A stretch of 64,000 bases of DNA from Candidatus Latescibacterota bacterium. Its GTDB lineage: Bacteria; Latescibacterota; UBA2968; UBA8231. Both the position numbers and the translations under genes were made by a program. Of the stretch, positions 18,231 through 27,892 are shown piece by piece; positions within the stretch are counted from its first letter, which is position 1; each line of letters opens with the position of its first letter. The notes under the pieces were generated by a model. That model saw nothing but the letters and a program-made list of their open reading frames with translations, made no database searches and was not told where the DNA came from. The stretch is from contig OZ242005.1 in the NCBI GenBank assembly GCA_965204725.1, forward strand, positions 2,848,001 through 2,912,000, given 5' to 3'.

Positions 18231-20240
18231 ATGCGGCCCCATTGCTCCCTTCCGCTTGGTCGCTTGGCTGCCGTCTGCATGATGGTCGGGCTGGGAACGC
18301 GGCTGGGGCTGGCCGAGGTAGAAACGTACCACATCGGCCGCGGCGGCTTGTCGTGGGCTTCTCAAGCGGATATCCAGAACGGAACCGTAGGAGTTGAGGG
18401 CGCGCTACAGCCGCTGGAGCTGCGCAGCGGCCAGAACCTGATGGAACTGCTGCGGGCCGCAGGTCAGACTTGGCTCAACGGCAGCCCCAGCGACTTTACC
18501 AAGCCCGGCCAGCCGCGCACTTGGTCCAACGACGGTCCCTTCAATCAGGTAAACGGTCCCTTGCAACTCGTTGACGGCGACCCTTCGAGTTCGTCAGAAG
18601 GCGCGTTCCGCACGGCGCGCAACCAAGCGGGGGCCACGTTTTTCTGGGATCTCGGTGCCCCTTTTCCAATAGACCGCGTGCGTTTCGCGCCCGCCTCTGG
18701 TGAGCTAGATTGGTTCATCAAGGCATTTGAACTGCAAGTGAGCGACGGCGAGCAGTTCGACGAGGTCAAGCGGCCCGTCTATCGCCTGCTGAGCCGCGTC
18801 GAGGACAACGACAACCCAGTGGTCGAGCTTTCCTTCAACGGGGTGCAGGGGCGCTTTCTCCGGCTCAAGGTGCTCTCGCGCAATCCCTTCAACCTCGCGG
18901 AATTTGAAGTGTACGGCGAGGGATTTGTGCCCGTGTCCAGCTACGTCTCCCAGCTCTATTCCTTTGGGCGGCCCGTGAATTTCGGGCGGCTCGCGGTGCA
19001 GGCCGAGCGGCTGAGCCGCAGCGCGGCCGGCGACACTGCGATCGCGCGCTTGCAGTTCCGCAGCGGCACGGACGACACGCCGGTAGCCTATTTTCGCCGT
19101 GACCGCGACACGGGCGTCCGCGAAGAAGTGCCCCTGTCCGAATACAACAATCTGCCCAGACGCGCCCTGTACCGCCGCGACCCCAACACCGAGGCCGTGC
19201 TAGAAGAAGTAACGAGAACCGAGTATCTCTCGCTGCCGTTGGCCGAGGTCGGCCCCGCTCGCGACTTTGTGCCGGCTGGCATCCGCGAAGACGTGGAGAA
19301 TTGGAGCACTTGGACCCCGCCGCTGCAACTCGATTCGTCGGGCACAGTGGTCCTGCCGTTGGACCTGCCAAGCCCGCGCGAATTTTTGCAGTTCCGCGTC
19401 TTTTTTAACGGACGCGCTGCGGCCACCATGCGCCTCGATAGCTTGGTCGTGGAGTTTGCTCCCGAATTGGTCAGCACGGCCGTCGGCGAAGTCGCGCTGG
19501 CCGCGGATCCCCATCCCCCGGCCGGCGTCTTGGCGGTTCCAAGCGGAGTCGATACCTCCTTTGTCTGCGACATCCGCACCGAGTTTGACCGCGACGATCT
19601 CGCGGGCTTTCGCGGCCTCCAGCTCACCGCCTTTCCGCCCCCCGTGTTTGAGCGGCTGCAAATGGGCGATCCCCTCGCGGACGTCGCGGACGTCGAAGTC
19701 GAGCCTATTGCCGAGGGCTTCCGCGTCTTTTTCCCGCCGGTGACGCGCCAAAACAACCAGCCCATGCGGCTGGCCTTTAGGCTGCGGCTGCTGGAGTACC
19801 ATACGCCGCTAAACGTCTTTTTGCTCGGCGCGGGCGCGGTGCCGCCGCACCCGGTTGTGGCCGGCAATGCCAGCGTCGAAGTGGGTACGGGGGCGATCCA
19901 CATCTTTGCCGCCAGTGCCACGCCCTCGGTCGAGGCCCGCCTCTCGACTGCTGTGCTTACGCCCAACGGCGATGGCGTCAACGACGGCGTCGAAGTCGTG
20001 GCCGTGCTGGCGCAATTTGCCGGCGAGGTGGCGCTGGCCATCGAAGTTTTTGATCTCTCCGGTCGCCGGGTGCGGGAGTTAATTGCCGCGCCGCGCGCTG
20101 CGGGGGTCTATCGCGAAACGTGGGATGGACGCAATCGGGCCGGTGAGCGGGTCGCGCCCGGCCTGTACCTATGTCGGATCGCGGTGCGCTCGGATGGCTC
20201 CCCAACGACCGCGACCCAGATCCTAGGAGTGGCGTATTGA
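18231..20240 (+). CDS. Secreted protein with C-terminal FlgD-Ig/CHU_C-like domain
   Basis: 669 aa; LAEFEVYGEGF, FRSGTDDTP, LTPNGDGVND...WDGRNRAGERVAPGLY...LGVAY. Confidence 0.85.
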   Translation: MRPHCSLPLGRLAAVCMMVGLGTRLGLAEVETYHIGRGGLSWASQADIQNGTVGVEGALQPLELRSGQNLMELLRAAGQTWLNGSPSDFTKPGQPRTWSNDGPFNQVNGPLQLVDGDPSSSSEGAFRTARNQAGATFFWDLGAPFPIDRVRFAPASGELDWFIKAFELQVSDGEQFDEVKRPVYRLLSRVEDNDNPVVELSFNGVQGRFLRLKVLSRNPFNLAEFEVYGEGFVPVSSYVSQLYSFGRPVNFGRLAVQAERLSRSAAGDTAIARLQFRSGTDDTPVAYFRRDRDTGVREEVPLSEYNNLPRRALYRRDPNTEAVLEEVTRTEYLSLPLAEVGPARDFVPAGIREDVENWSTWTPPLQLDSSGTVVLPLDLPSPREFLQFRVFFNGRAAATMRLDSLVVEFAPELVSTAVGEVALAADPHPPAGVLAVPSGVDTSFVCDIRTEFDRDDLAGFRGLQLTAFPPPVFERLQMGDPLADVADVEVEPIAEGFRVFFPPVTRQNNQPMRLAFRLRLLEYHTPLNVFLLGAGAVPPHPVVAGNASVEVGTGAIHIFAASATPSVEARLSTAVLTPNGDGVNDGVEVVAVLAQFAGEVALAIEVFDLSGRRVRELIAAPRAAGVYRETWDGRNRAGERVAPGLYLCRIAVRSDGSPTTATQILGVAY

Positions 20241-22255
20241 CCGCTTTCTTGCTCGTGCTATTGGTCGCCGGGGCGGCTCGGGGGCAGGCGTCGGCCTGGG
20301 TCGTCGGCGCGAGTGGCGAACCGTGGGCCGAGGTCGCCGAGCGCTGGATTGCCCTCGACGACTCAGTGCGCCTCGGGGCTGTCCAGCCTCGGGCCGTGCC
20401 GCCGGGGCGCAACGCGCTGCGCGGATTGGTGCGGGCCACCGGGATTGCCTCTCTAGTCAACATCTTTGACTACTCCTATGCCTTTACCAAAGACCCGGAC
20501 CAGCTAGAGCGCGACGACCAAATCGTGGGCTGGAATCCGCGGATGTGGGGAAACAACGTAGCGGTAGCGGCAATGCGCGGCCTCATAGATGGCGACGAGT
20601 TGACCGCCACTTTCGTCCACCCCCCGCGCATCACCGGGCGGCCCAACGCCACGATTTTCTTTACGCTCGACCTGGGAGTGCCCATCGCCCTCGACAGCCT
20701 CGTCTTCTTCCCGCCCCAAAGCGGCTTTACCGACGACAACCGACGCCAGCGCAACCTCTTCCCGGTGGGCTACGAAGTGACGCGCACCAACACGCCGGCC
20801 GACTGGCTCATTTTCGAGGAGGAAGCTGTCGCCCTCGGGTCGCCCGGCTACCACCCGCTCGACGAGCTCATCGGCAGCACCTTTTCCAACAACGAGAGCG
20901 TTGTCTCGCTGCGGCCGCCCCTGCGCTTTACGCGCTTTTTGCGCTTTAAGTTCGGCGGCGTCACGTCGCTGGGCATCCTCGCCGAGATACAGGCTTTTGG
21001 GCGCGGCTATCCCCAAGTGGCCCGCTACTTGTCGCAAGTCAAGTCCTTTGGCGAGCCGGTGAGCCTCGGCCGGATTACTTGGCACTTCACCCGCTACCGG
21101 CAAACGAGTTCGGGCCGCATCGTCGAAGACCCAACGGTGCCGGTGCAGCTCGTCATCCAGACGCGCTCCGGCACGGACGACGATCCAACAGACCACTTTA
21201 TCTTTGACGAACTCAGCCGCCTCCTCAAAGTGGACCGCCCGACCTACGAGGACGCTCCGTCGGTCGTGTTCGCCGCGTACGAGCGAGCACCGGGGTTCCA
21301 AGCGCGTCGCGGCGAGGATACTGAAAATTGGACGCCTTGGTCCATTGCCTACGTGGAGTCGGGCGACGAAGTGCGCTCGGCCGACGGCGGATCGTTCTTC
21401 CAGTTTCGCTTTGAGATTGCCACCGAGCATCCCTTTGCCTTTGGCGTCTTGGACAGCGTGGCCTTTGAGGTCTCACCTCTGTTGGCCGACAGCGTACTGG
21501 CCGAAGTCTCGCTCGCCGGGCCGCTGACCGAGCCGAGGGTGCCGCTGGGCGCGGATACTGCGTTTGTCTATGACATTCGCACTGTTTTTGCCTCCAGCGA
21601 CCGCGTGGGGTTTGACGCGATTGAATTGGATGTGCCGCCGGGCGCACGCTTTCTCGGCTTGGAAATTGACGAAGTGCCCGCGCAAGAAGGCGTGGATTTT
21701 TCCTTCGTCGCCGCGCCCAACAAATTCAGCTTCACTTTTCCCCAGCCCTTTGTCGCCGACACGTCGTTTCGCGTCCGCTACCGCAGCGCGATCTACCAAG
21801 CGTCGCTCTTTTTAGAGGGCCAGTTGATCAACCGCGATCCCGAGGCCGCGCTCCTACCCCAGTCCATTGAAGCGGGCGATGCGCACCCAGAGGTCGCCAG
21901 CAACAGCATCCAAGTGGTCGCCAGCGAGGCCGAGCTGAGCGTCTTGGGCACCCTGCGGCTGTCCTCGCCGGTCTTAACGCCCAATGGAGACGGCGTCAAC
22001 GACCTCGTCGTCGCGACCTTTGATCTTTATGGCGTCAACGGAGCACCGACCACCGTAGAAGTCCGCGACCTCGCCGGACGCAGCATCGCCAACCTGCTCA
22101 ACACCTCGGGCCAAGCCGGCTCCTACGCGCCGACTTGGAGCGGCCGAGGCGCGGATGGAGAATTCGTCCCCCCCGGCCTCTACTTGGTGCAGATCGAGGT
22201 CCAGATCGACTTAGGCGCAGTGACCCAGACCCACGCGGTCGCGGTCGCCTACTGA
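20237..22255 (+). CDS. Secreted protein with C-terminal FlgD-Ig/CHU_C-like domain
   Basis: TTG start overlapping upstream TGA, RBS AGGAG; signal peptide; QTRSGTDDDP, LTPNGDGVND...PPGLY...VAVAY. Confidence 0.85.
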   Translation: MTAFLLVLLVAGAARGQASAWVVGASGEPWAEVAERWIALDDSVRLGAVQPRAVPPGRNALRGLVRATGIASLVNIFDYSYAFTKDPDQLERDDQIVGWNPRMWGNNVAVAAMRGLIDGDELTATFVHPPRITGRPNATIFFTLDLGVPIALDSLVFFPPQSGFTDDNRRQRNLFPVGYEVTRTNTPADWLIFEEEAVALGSPGYHPLDELIGSTFSNNESVVSLRPPLRFTRFLRFKFGGVTSLGILAEIQAFGRGYPQVARYLSQVKSFGEPVSLGRITWHFTRYRQTSSGRIVEDPTVPVQLVIQTRSGTDDDPTDHFIFDELSRLLKVDRPTYEDAPSVVFAAYERAPGFQARRGEDTENWTPWSIAYVESGDEVRSADGGSFFQFRFEIATEHPFAFGVLDSVAFEVSPLLADSVLAEVSLAGPLTEPRVPLGADTAFVYDIRTVFASSDRVGFDAIELDVPPGARFLGLEIDEVPAQEGVDFSFVAAPNKFSFTFPQPFVADTSFRVRYRSAIYQASLFLEGQLINRDPEAALLPQSIEAGDAHPEVASNSIQVVASEAELSVLGTLRLSSPVLTPNGDGVNDLVVATFDLYGVNGAPTTVEVRDLAGRSIANLLNTSGQAGSYAPTWSGRGADGEFVPPGLYLVQIEVQIDLGAVTQTHAVAVAY

Positions 22256-22267
22256 CGAGAAAAGCCC

Positions 22268-24739
22268 ATGCCTAGACGCAATTTCACCCCCCCCCTACCC
22301 TCTCAACGCGAACCCCGTATCACTCCCCCCCCCGGGGGGAGTAGCCGCCCTCGGCGGCGGTGGGGGGCCATCTCGGTGCTACTCTTACTCGTCGTTCCCC
22401 CGCCCCTACCCGCTCAGGACCTAGTTTTTGCGGGAGCGGATTTTGCGGCGTGGAATCATCCGGCCGGGCTCGTCCAGATCGGCACCACCGGAATCACTGT
22501 CAAGCGTTTTGGCACGACGTTCAATGCGGTCGCCAATGCCAGCGAATTTTCATCCGTTACCATTGGCGACTACGGCCTCTTGCCGGTGCGCGCTCCCTCC
22601 AATCAGGCCCAAGCCAGACTCGTGGCCGACCAAGACCCCAACACCTATTGGCAGCCCGACTTAGGCGATCCGCTCCAGCAGTGGTGGCTAGAGGTCGATT
22701 TGAAGCGTGCAGTCGTCGCTCGCAAAATTCGCGTGATCTTTCCCCAAACCGAGGACGCCCGGCCCTTTGAATTCTTTTCGCTCCACGTCAGCCCGGGCAT
22801 TCAGGTCGCGGGTGCGCCGGGCAAGCAGGTCGCGTTTGAGCGCGTTGGTCGCCCGGTCAACAACAACGCCGAGCAGGTGGTAGAGTTCGATCTCAAAACC
22901 GCCAACAAGGCTCCTGCGAGCGAAGTGCCCAAAGGGCAGTTCTTGGCAAAGAGCGACAGCTTGGATTTTTCCATCCTCCGCTTTGTGCGCTTTGAAGCGG
23001 CCGGCCAAACCGCTGGCGCGGCCCTCGCCGAAATCGAGGTGGATGGCATTGGCTTCAACCTCTCGACCCGGGTGTTTACCGAGGAGCGCGCGGAAAAGGG
23101 CGAGGAGTCATGGGGCGGCCGGACGTGGACTTCAAGGGCCCGCGATTGCGATGGCTGCGGCAAGGCCAGCGGCGCGGAATTCCTCGTGGATGCGGACTTG
23201 GGCCGGCGGCTGTGGAGCATCCAAGCCTCTTCGGGCGATCGCGATTGGCGCGACGATGGCGTCTGGTCGGTGATCGACTTTGGCAGCGTGTTCCGCATCG
23301 ACCGGATAATTTTCGTGCCGCTCATCGGCGGCCGCAGCCCGTGGCTGTACGGCTACCAGCAGGGCGCGGTGGGTGGCTTTCCCATGTTCGACCTCCTGAC
23401 CTCCGACGGCAGCCCGAGCAATACGGCCGACCCGCAGGCCGAGGGGCCGTTTGAATACGAGCTGTTGTCCGAAGTGCGTACCAGCTACCCCTTCAACGAC
23501 TTCCAATTTCCCACCCGCGACACGCGCCTCATCCTCTGGCGCGTGATCGGCTTCTATGGCCGCGACGCCAATGCCTTGCAGCTTTTTGCCTTTCACCGCG
23601 CGGGCTATCCCAAGCGCGTCGAGTTGGAGTCCGACGACCTCGACTTGGGGGCGGCGCGCAGCATCCGGCGCGTTGAGTGGGACGCCGACCTGCCGGCGGG
23701 AACGCGCTTAGAAGTGCAGACCCAAACGGGCAATGGCTTTACCGAGGTTACACGCTACTTTCTCAAAAACGGCAGTGAAGTCACCAAGGAAGCCTACGAA
23801 GCGGCGCGCAAGCGCTATCGCGGCGACATTGTGCAAGAACAGGTGCGCGATGCGACTTGGAGCACATGGAGCCGGCCGCATCGCTTTTCCGGGCAGGGCT
23901 TTCAGTCGCCTTCGCCGCGGCGCTACCTGCGGACGCGCATTCGCCTGTACAGCGACGACCTAGACGTGTCGCCGGTGCTGCGCTCGCTACGGATTGTCGC
24001 CAACGATCCGGTCATTTTTGCCGGCTTGAGCGGCTCGGTGTGGCCGCGCGAAGCCGCCCTCGATACGCGGACCGAGTTTCGCTATACCATTAAGCCGCAG
24101 GCGTTCAACAGCCGCGACCCCGGGTTCGACCAAGTGTTGATCGCCCTGCCGCCGGGCAGCGCGGATGCTCAGTTGCTTGCGGTGCGCGTGGGCGGGCAGC
24201 CGGTGGAGGCGAGCGGCTCGTTGCGCGGCGATTCCCTGTGGGTGCAGCTACCGCCGCCGGTGGTGCGGCGCGACTCGGTTGACATTGCGTTTGCAACGCG
24301 GGTTTTTGCCAGCCCAACGGTCTTTGAGACCTTCGTCTTTAACTCTGCTCAAGAGGACAACGGTCAGGGGGTCGTGCCGGCCGAGTTGGGGGCCGATCAA
24401 GTGTTTGTGCCCGAGGTGGTGCAGGGCGTCGCGCTCATCCGCAACGTGCGCCACGCCGCGCTCTTCACGCCCAATGGCGACGGAATCAACGACCAATACG
24501 ATCTGAGCTTCACGGTCGTCAAGACCGACAAGCAGCCGCGCGTGCGCGTCTTTTCCCTCGCTGGCCGCCTCATCGCCGAGTTGGCAAACGCCACGCCGCG
24601 CGGTGCTCGTGCGAAGTATGCTTGGGACGGCCAGAGCAACGGCGAGGTCGTGCCGCCGGGCATCTACCTAGTGCAGGTCGAATTGCAGACCGATCCGAAA
24701 GCCGAGGTCGTTCAGCGGAGTGTGCGCATCGTATATTAG
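22268..24739 (+). CDS. Large secreted protein, discoidin-like N-region and C-terminal FlgD-Ig/CHU_C-like domain
   Basis: 823 aa; DQDPNTYWQPD...WWLEVDLKR; FTPNGDGIND...WDG...PPGIY...VRIVY; closest paralog is 6896..9955. Confidence 0.85.
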   Translation: MPRRNFTPPLPSQREPRITPPPGGSSRPRRRWGAISVLLLLVVPPPLPAQDLVFAGADFAAWNHPAGLVQIGTTGITVKRFGTTFNAVANASEFSSVTIGDYGLLPVRAPSNQAQARLVADQDPNTYWQPDLGDPLQQWWLEVDLKRAVVARKIRVIFPQTEDARPFEFFSLHVSPGIQVAGAPGKQVAFERVGRPVNNNAEQVVEFDLKTANKAPASEVPKGQFLAKSDSLDFSILRFVRFEAAGQTAGAALAEIEVDGIGFNLSTRVFTEERAEKGEESWGGRTWTSRARDCDGCGKASGAEFLVDADLGRRLWSIQASSGDRDWRDDGVWSVIDFGSVFRIDRIIFVPLIGGRSPWLYGYQQGAVGGFPMFDLLTSDGSPSNTADPQAEGPFEYELLSEVRTSYPFNDFQFPTRDTRLILWRVIGFYGRDANALQLFAFHRAGYPKRVELESDDLDLGAARSIRRVEWDADLPAGTRLEVQTQTGNGFTEVTRYFLKNGSEVTKEAYEAARKRYRGDIVQEQVRDATWSTWSRPHRFSGQGFQSPSPRRYLRTRIRLYSDDLDVSPVLRSLRIVANDPVIFAGLSGSVWPREAALDTRTEFRYTIKPQAFNSRDPGFDQVLIALPPGSADAQLLAVRVGGQPVEASGSLRGDSLWVQLPPPVVRRDSVDIAFATRVFASPTVFETFVFNSAQEDNGQGVVPAELGADQVFVPEVVQGVALIRNVRHAALFTPNGDGINDQYDLSFTVVKTDKQPRVRVFSLAGRLIAELANATPRGARAKYAWDGQSNGEVVPPGIYLVQVELQTDPKAEVVQRSVRIVY

Positions 24740-24799
24740 AAGCGGTCTGGATTCCGCCCCGTGTCGGGGCACGGGGTGACGTTCTTTCGCGGGAATGAC
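24739..24799. repeat. Truncated copy of the GAAGCG-ended MITE, with interrupted ATTCC...GGGAAT core
   Basis: TTA+GAAGCGGTCT, then GGATTCC, a GC palindrome (GCCCCGTGTCGGGGCACGGGG) and TTTCGCGGGAATGAC. Confidence 0.65.
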
Positions 24800-24865
24800 G
24801 CCTCTAGGGAAAAAAACGGTGCCGATCAACATTCCATGCTTTCGAGTCATTTAGGACTGCTATAT

Positions 24866-24911
24866 CAGGCCATAACCGAACATCGCAACAGGTCATAACC
24901 AAACATCGCAC
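24866..24911 (+). repeat. 23-bp tandem direct repeat (2 copies) directly upstream of the DUF2283 gene
   Basis: CAGGCCATAACCGAACATCGCAA / CAGGTCATAACCAAACATCGCAC. Confidence 0.7.
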
Positions 24912-24912
24912 T

Positions 24913-25119
24913 ATGAAAATCAACTACTTTGAAGATACGGACACCGCACTTATCGAATTCACAGAAAACCGCGTCGCCGAGACCCGCAAGCTGTGCGAGA
25001 ACATCTACATAGACCTCGATAAGCAAGGGAACCTCGTCGCCATGAAAGTTGAACGCGCCGAGCAGAGCGCCAACATTCTAGAGTTCACCTTCGAGCGTCA
25101 AGCAAAAGCGACCGATTAA
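24913..25119 (+). CDS. DUF2283 domain protein (orphan antitoxin-like)
   Basis: 68 aa; MKINYFEDTDTALIEF...IYIDLDKQGNLV. Confidence 0.8.
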   Translation: MKINYFEDTDTALIEFTENRVAETRKLCENIYIDLDKQGNLVAMKVERAEQSANILEFTFERQAKATD

Positions 25120-25146
25120 CCACACCAACCCTGTGGGAGGGAGGAC

Positions 25147-27780
25147 GTGAGACGTCTAACGATACGATTGCTTTATTGCGGTTTGCTCCTCGCCACGCCG
25201 CTGCCATCCGCGGCTTGGCGCGCCACCGGATTTGACAACCCCTATTACACTTCAGCCACCGAAGTCGCGCCCTCAACCCTCGTTCCTTCGGTCCGCAAGT
25301 GGTATCAGCCGCAGCGCCTGTACGAACTCTACGACTGGCGGCAAGACCAGTACTCCAACTACGCGCGCAACCCCTACCAACGCTACAACGACGTCTTCTT
25401 GGAGGGGTCGCCCTTTTACGACATTTACGGCTCGTATATCAGCCAAGGTTGGCAGGTGTACAACTGGACTGAAAACTATCCCACGGCCAGTGGCAGCAGC
25501 ATCTTCAAAAGCCCGCGCTTTAGCTCGTGGTTCAGCAACGTCCTCATCTCCTCCAGCCACTCTGGGCAGTTCCACTCCTCCCTGATGGTGGGCGACGGCA
25601 TCCGCACAACCCTGACGCCGCTCACCTTTTCCAAGCCGCGCTTCGACGGCGTGCAGTGGGACATGATGTCGGACAAATACGCCCTGACCCTGCTGACCTC
25701 GCGCATCAACAACGCGGGCGTCGTCGCGGGCGTCGCGGGCGAAACGGGTGTGCGGTTCAGCACGTTCACCAACTTGTGGGCTGCGAAAGGCCAAGTCAGC
25801 ATCGGCGACTTTTCCGATATTGGCCTAACATTTGTCAATGCGGCCCATCTGAATTCCAACATTCCCTTTGGCGACAATTCGCTCAAAGGCCAACTCAGCG
25901 GACCGATGAACAACGACTTCGTGCGCTCGATCATCGTGCGGATTTCCGACGACTCGCCCGAAGACGGCGAAGGCGGTGCCCTGCTGTCGCGCTGGCGCGT
26001 TTTCGCCAATGGCGTGGAGCACACCGACGACATCGCGCCCGTGGTTGAAGGAGGCTTTCGCCGCCGCGGCGTGATTGAAGCGAGCGGCACCGATGTAATA
26101 ACCCTCACGTTCAACATCGAAGACTTCGCGCCCACCATCGACGACAAAATCGACGACTTCCGCGAGATTAAGCACGTGGAGATCGGCCTAGTACTGGCCA
26201 ACGACTACAAAGTAGAGGTCGCTTCCAACAAACAGACCAACCAACTCGGCACCCCGGTGTTCCTGACCGTGCTGCGCGCCCCGGGCAACGTCAAAGACGG
26301 CGCCAACCAAGCCTTTCACACCTTTCGCTACGGCCTGCCTACGGGCAACCGGCTGCTCGGCTTTGACCTGTCGATCAACGACGTTGCCGGTTTTGACCTA
26401 AAGGGAGAATACGTGCGGAACTTCCAGTACCGCCGCTTCCCCAACGAAAACTTCATCCGCGATCAAGCCCTAGCTACCAACACGGCCGAAGCCTTTTACC
26501 TAACAGCGCAGAAGCGGCATTATCCATGGACGATCTTTGCCGAAGCCTTTAGCATGGACGCTGAGTACTCGACCCAAGCCTTTATCCCGAACTCCGAGGG
26601 CGAGGTGTACTACGGCAACGAACAGCAAAGCGCGTACGAGTTCGTCGATGACAACGACGATCAAGACGAATTGCCCGACTGGACCCGGCGCTACCACGGC
26701 CCGCGCGTCAACACCCGCCAAGGGGTGGGGCTGTTGACCGACAGCGCGGTCTTTCCCGGAATCGACGAAAACAACGACGATCTCTCGGATTTCAACCGCA
26801 ACTTCAACCGCTTACCCGACTACGCCGAGCCTTTTCTGCGCTTTGAGGTGGATCCCCCCGATTTTCTCTTTGGCATGGACATGAACAACAACGGGGTCAT
26901 CGACCGCTTTGAAGACGACGCCGAAGCAGACTATCCCTACAAACGCGGGCACCGGGGATACAACACTTATCTAGGCGTTGAAATCGCGCCGGATGTAAAC
27001 CTCATGGTCGGTCGGCTCGACGAGCGCCTGCTGAAAACCGCCCGCGAAAACGCGACTACGTACCTGCTCTTGACTGCAAGCGAAAAGTTCCCGCGCTACA
27101 ACCTGCAAGTACGGCTGATTGTCAATCCGCGCAAGGTTGCAGACGACATTCGCGACGACGTCTTTTTGTGGGTCGATACGCCCGGCACATTCGGGGAAGC
27201 GCGCTTTATGCGCGACCCGCTCGGGGCGCGCGATGCGTTTGTCAATACGACATATTTAGACGTGCGCTACGACCGCTATATCTCGTTTACCACCAAGGTC
27301 AAGTACGATCAATACACCCAATTAGGGTCGGTTGCTGAAGAGTTGAACAACCAGCGCTTTCTCGGGGTGATCAACAAGGCCCAGTACCCGTTCCACCTGC
27401 GATCTTGGGATTTGACCCTGAACTGGAAACAGCTATACAGCAATCGAGTGCCGGCCGACAAGGACGCGCTGCAAACGTCTGACCTAACGGAGATTTTCTC
27501 GCTGCTGGCCGGCCGCGAGATCAACCGCAACATGAGCTTTACGGCCGGCGTTGAATACGAGATCGCCAACAATCTGGGCGAGCAGCCCGAGGGGTTGCTA
27601 GAAGACGGCACTACGCTGGTGCTGGCCGGCCAAATAGCCAACCAATCGGCCTATCAGGGGTATGCGCTGACGACCAACGTCGGGCTGCGCTGGACCCGCG
27701 AAGACCTCGACTCCGCTCCTTCGTCGGCCAAGCTGTTTACCTTTATCAGCGTCTTCGCCGGGCTGGGCAAGGACCTGTAA
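25147..27780 (+). CDS. Large exported protein of unknown function, paralog of 4180..6843
   Basis: RBS GGAGG, GTG start, signal peptide; PSVRKWYQPQ, NYARNPY, DDSPEDG, YGLPT, VDDNDDQD, FLFGMDMNNN, INKA.Y and FAGL motifs shared with the paralog. Confidence 0.8.
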   Translation: MRRLTIRLLYCGLLLATPLPSAAWRATGFDNPYYTSATEVAPSTLVPSVRKWYQPQRLYELYDWRQDQYSNYARNPYQRYNDVFLEGSPFYDIYGSYISQGWQVYNWTENYPTASGSSIFKSPRFSSWFSNVLISSSHSGQFHSSLMVGDGIRTTLTPLTFSKPRFDGVQWDMMSDKYALTLLTSRINNAGVVAGVAGETGVRFSTFTNLWAAKGQVSIGDFSDIGLTFVNAAHLNSNIPFGDNSLKGQLSGPMNNDFVRSIIVRISDDSPEDGEGGALLSRWRVFANGVEHTDDIAPVVEGGFRRRGVIEASGTDVITLTFNIEDFAPTIDDKIDDFREIKHVEIGLVLANDYKVEVASNKQTNQLGTPVFLTVLRAPGNVKDGANQAFHTFRYGLPTGNRLLGFDLSINDVAGFDLKGEYVRNFQYRRFPNENFIRDQALATNTAEAFYLTAQKRHYPWTIFAEAFSMDAEYSTQAFIPNSEGEVYYGNEQQSAYEFVDDNDDQDELPDWTRRYHGPRVNTRQGVGLLTDSAVFPGIDENNDDLSDFNRNFNRLPDYAEPFLRFEVDPPDFLFGMDMNNNGVIDRFEDDAEADYPYKRGHRGYNTYLGVEIAPDVNLMVGRLDERLLKTARENATTYLLLTASEKFPRYNLQVRLIVNPRKVADDIRDDVFLWVDTPGTFGEARFMRDPLGARDAFVNTTYLDVRYDRYISFTTKVKYDQYTQLGSVAEELNNQRFLGVINKAQYPFHLRSWDLTLNWKQLYSNRVPADKDALQTSDLTEIFSLLAGREINRNMSFTAGVEYEIANNLGEQPEGLLEDGTTLVLAGQIANQSAYQGYALTTNVGLRWTREDLDSAPSSAKLFTFISVFAGLGKDL

Positions 27781-27790
27781 TGGATGTTTA

Positions 27791-27868
27791 GAAGCGGTCT
27801 GCAAACTCTGATGGTCGTCTCTTGGGTCTAACCGATACCGGCTGGATTCCCGCGAAAGCGGGAATGAC
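27791..27868. repeat. Degenerate copy of the GAAGCG-ended MITE with ATTCCC-N8-GGGAAT core
   Basis: TTA+GAAGCGGTCTGCAAACTC; ATTCCCGCGAAAGCGGGAAT at 27846-27865; lies between convergent genes and could act as a terminator hairpin. Confidence 0.7.
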
Positions 27869-27892
27869 TCCTCATAAGCAAAAAGACCGTGC

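Noticed and set aside
1-27780. Calling the tailed proteins flagellar FlgD, or the locus a canonical T9SS
   Set aside because: Only the Ig-like tail is shared. No flagellar genes and no recognisable gld/spr/por core genes are in the window.
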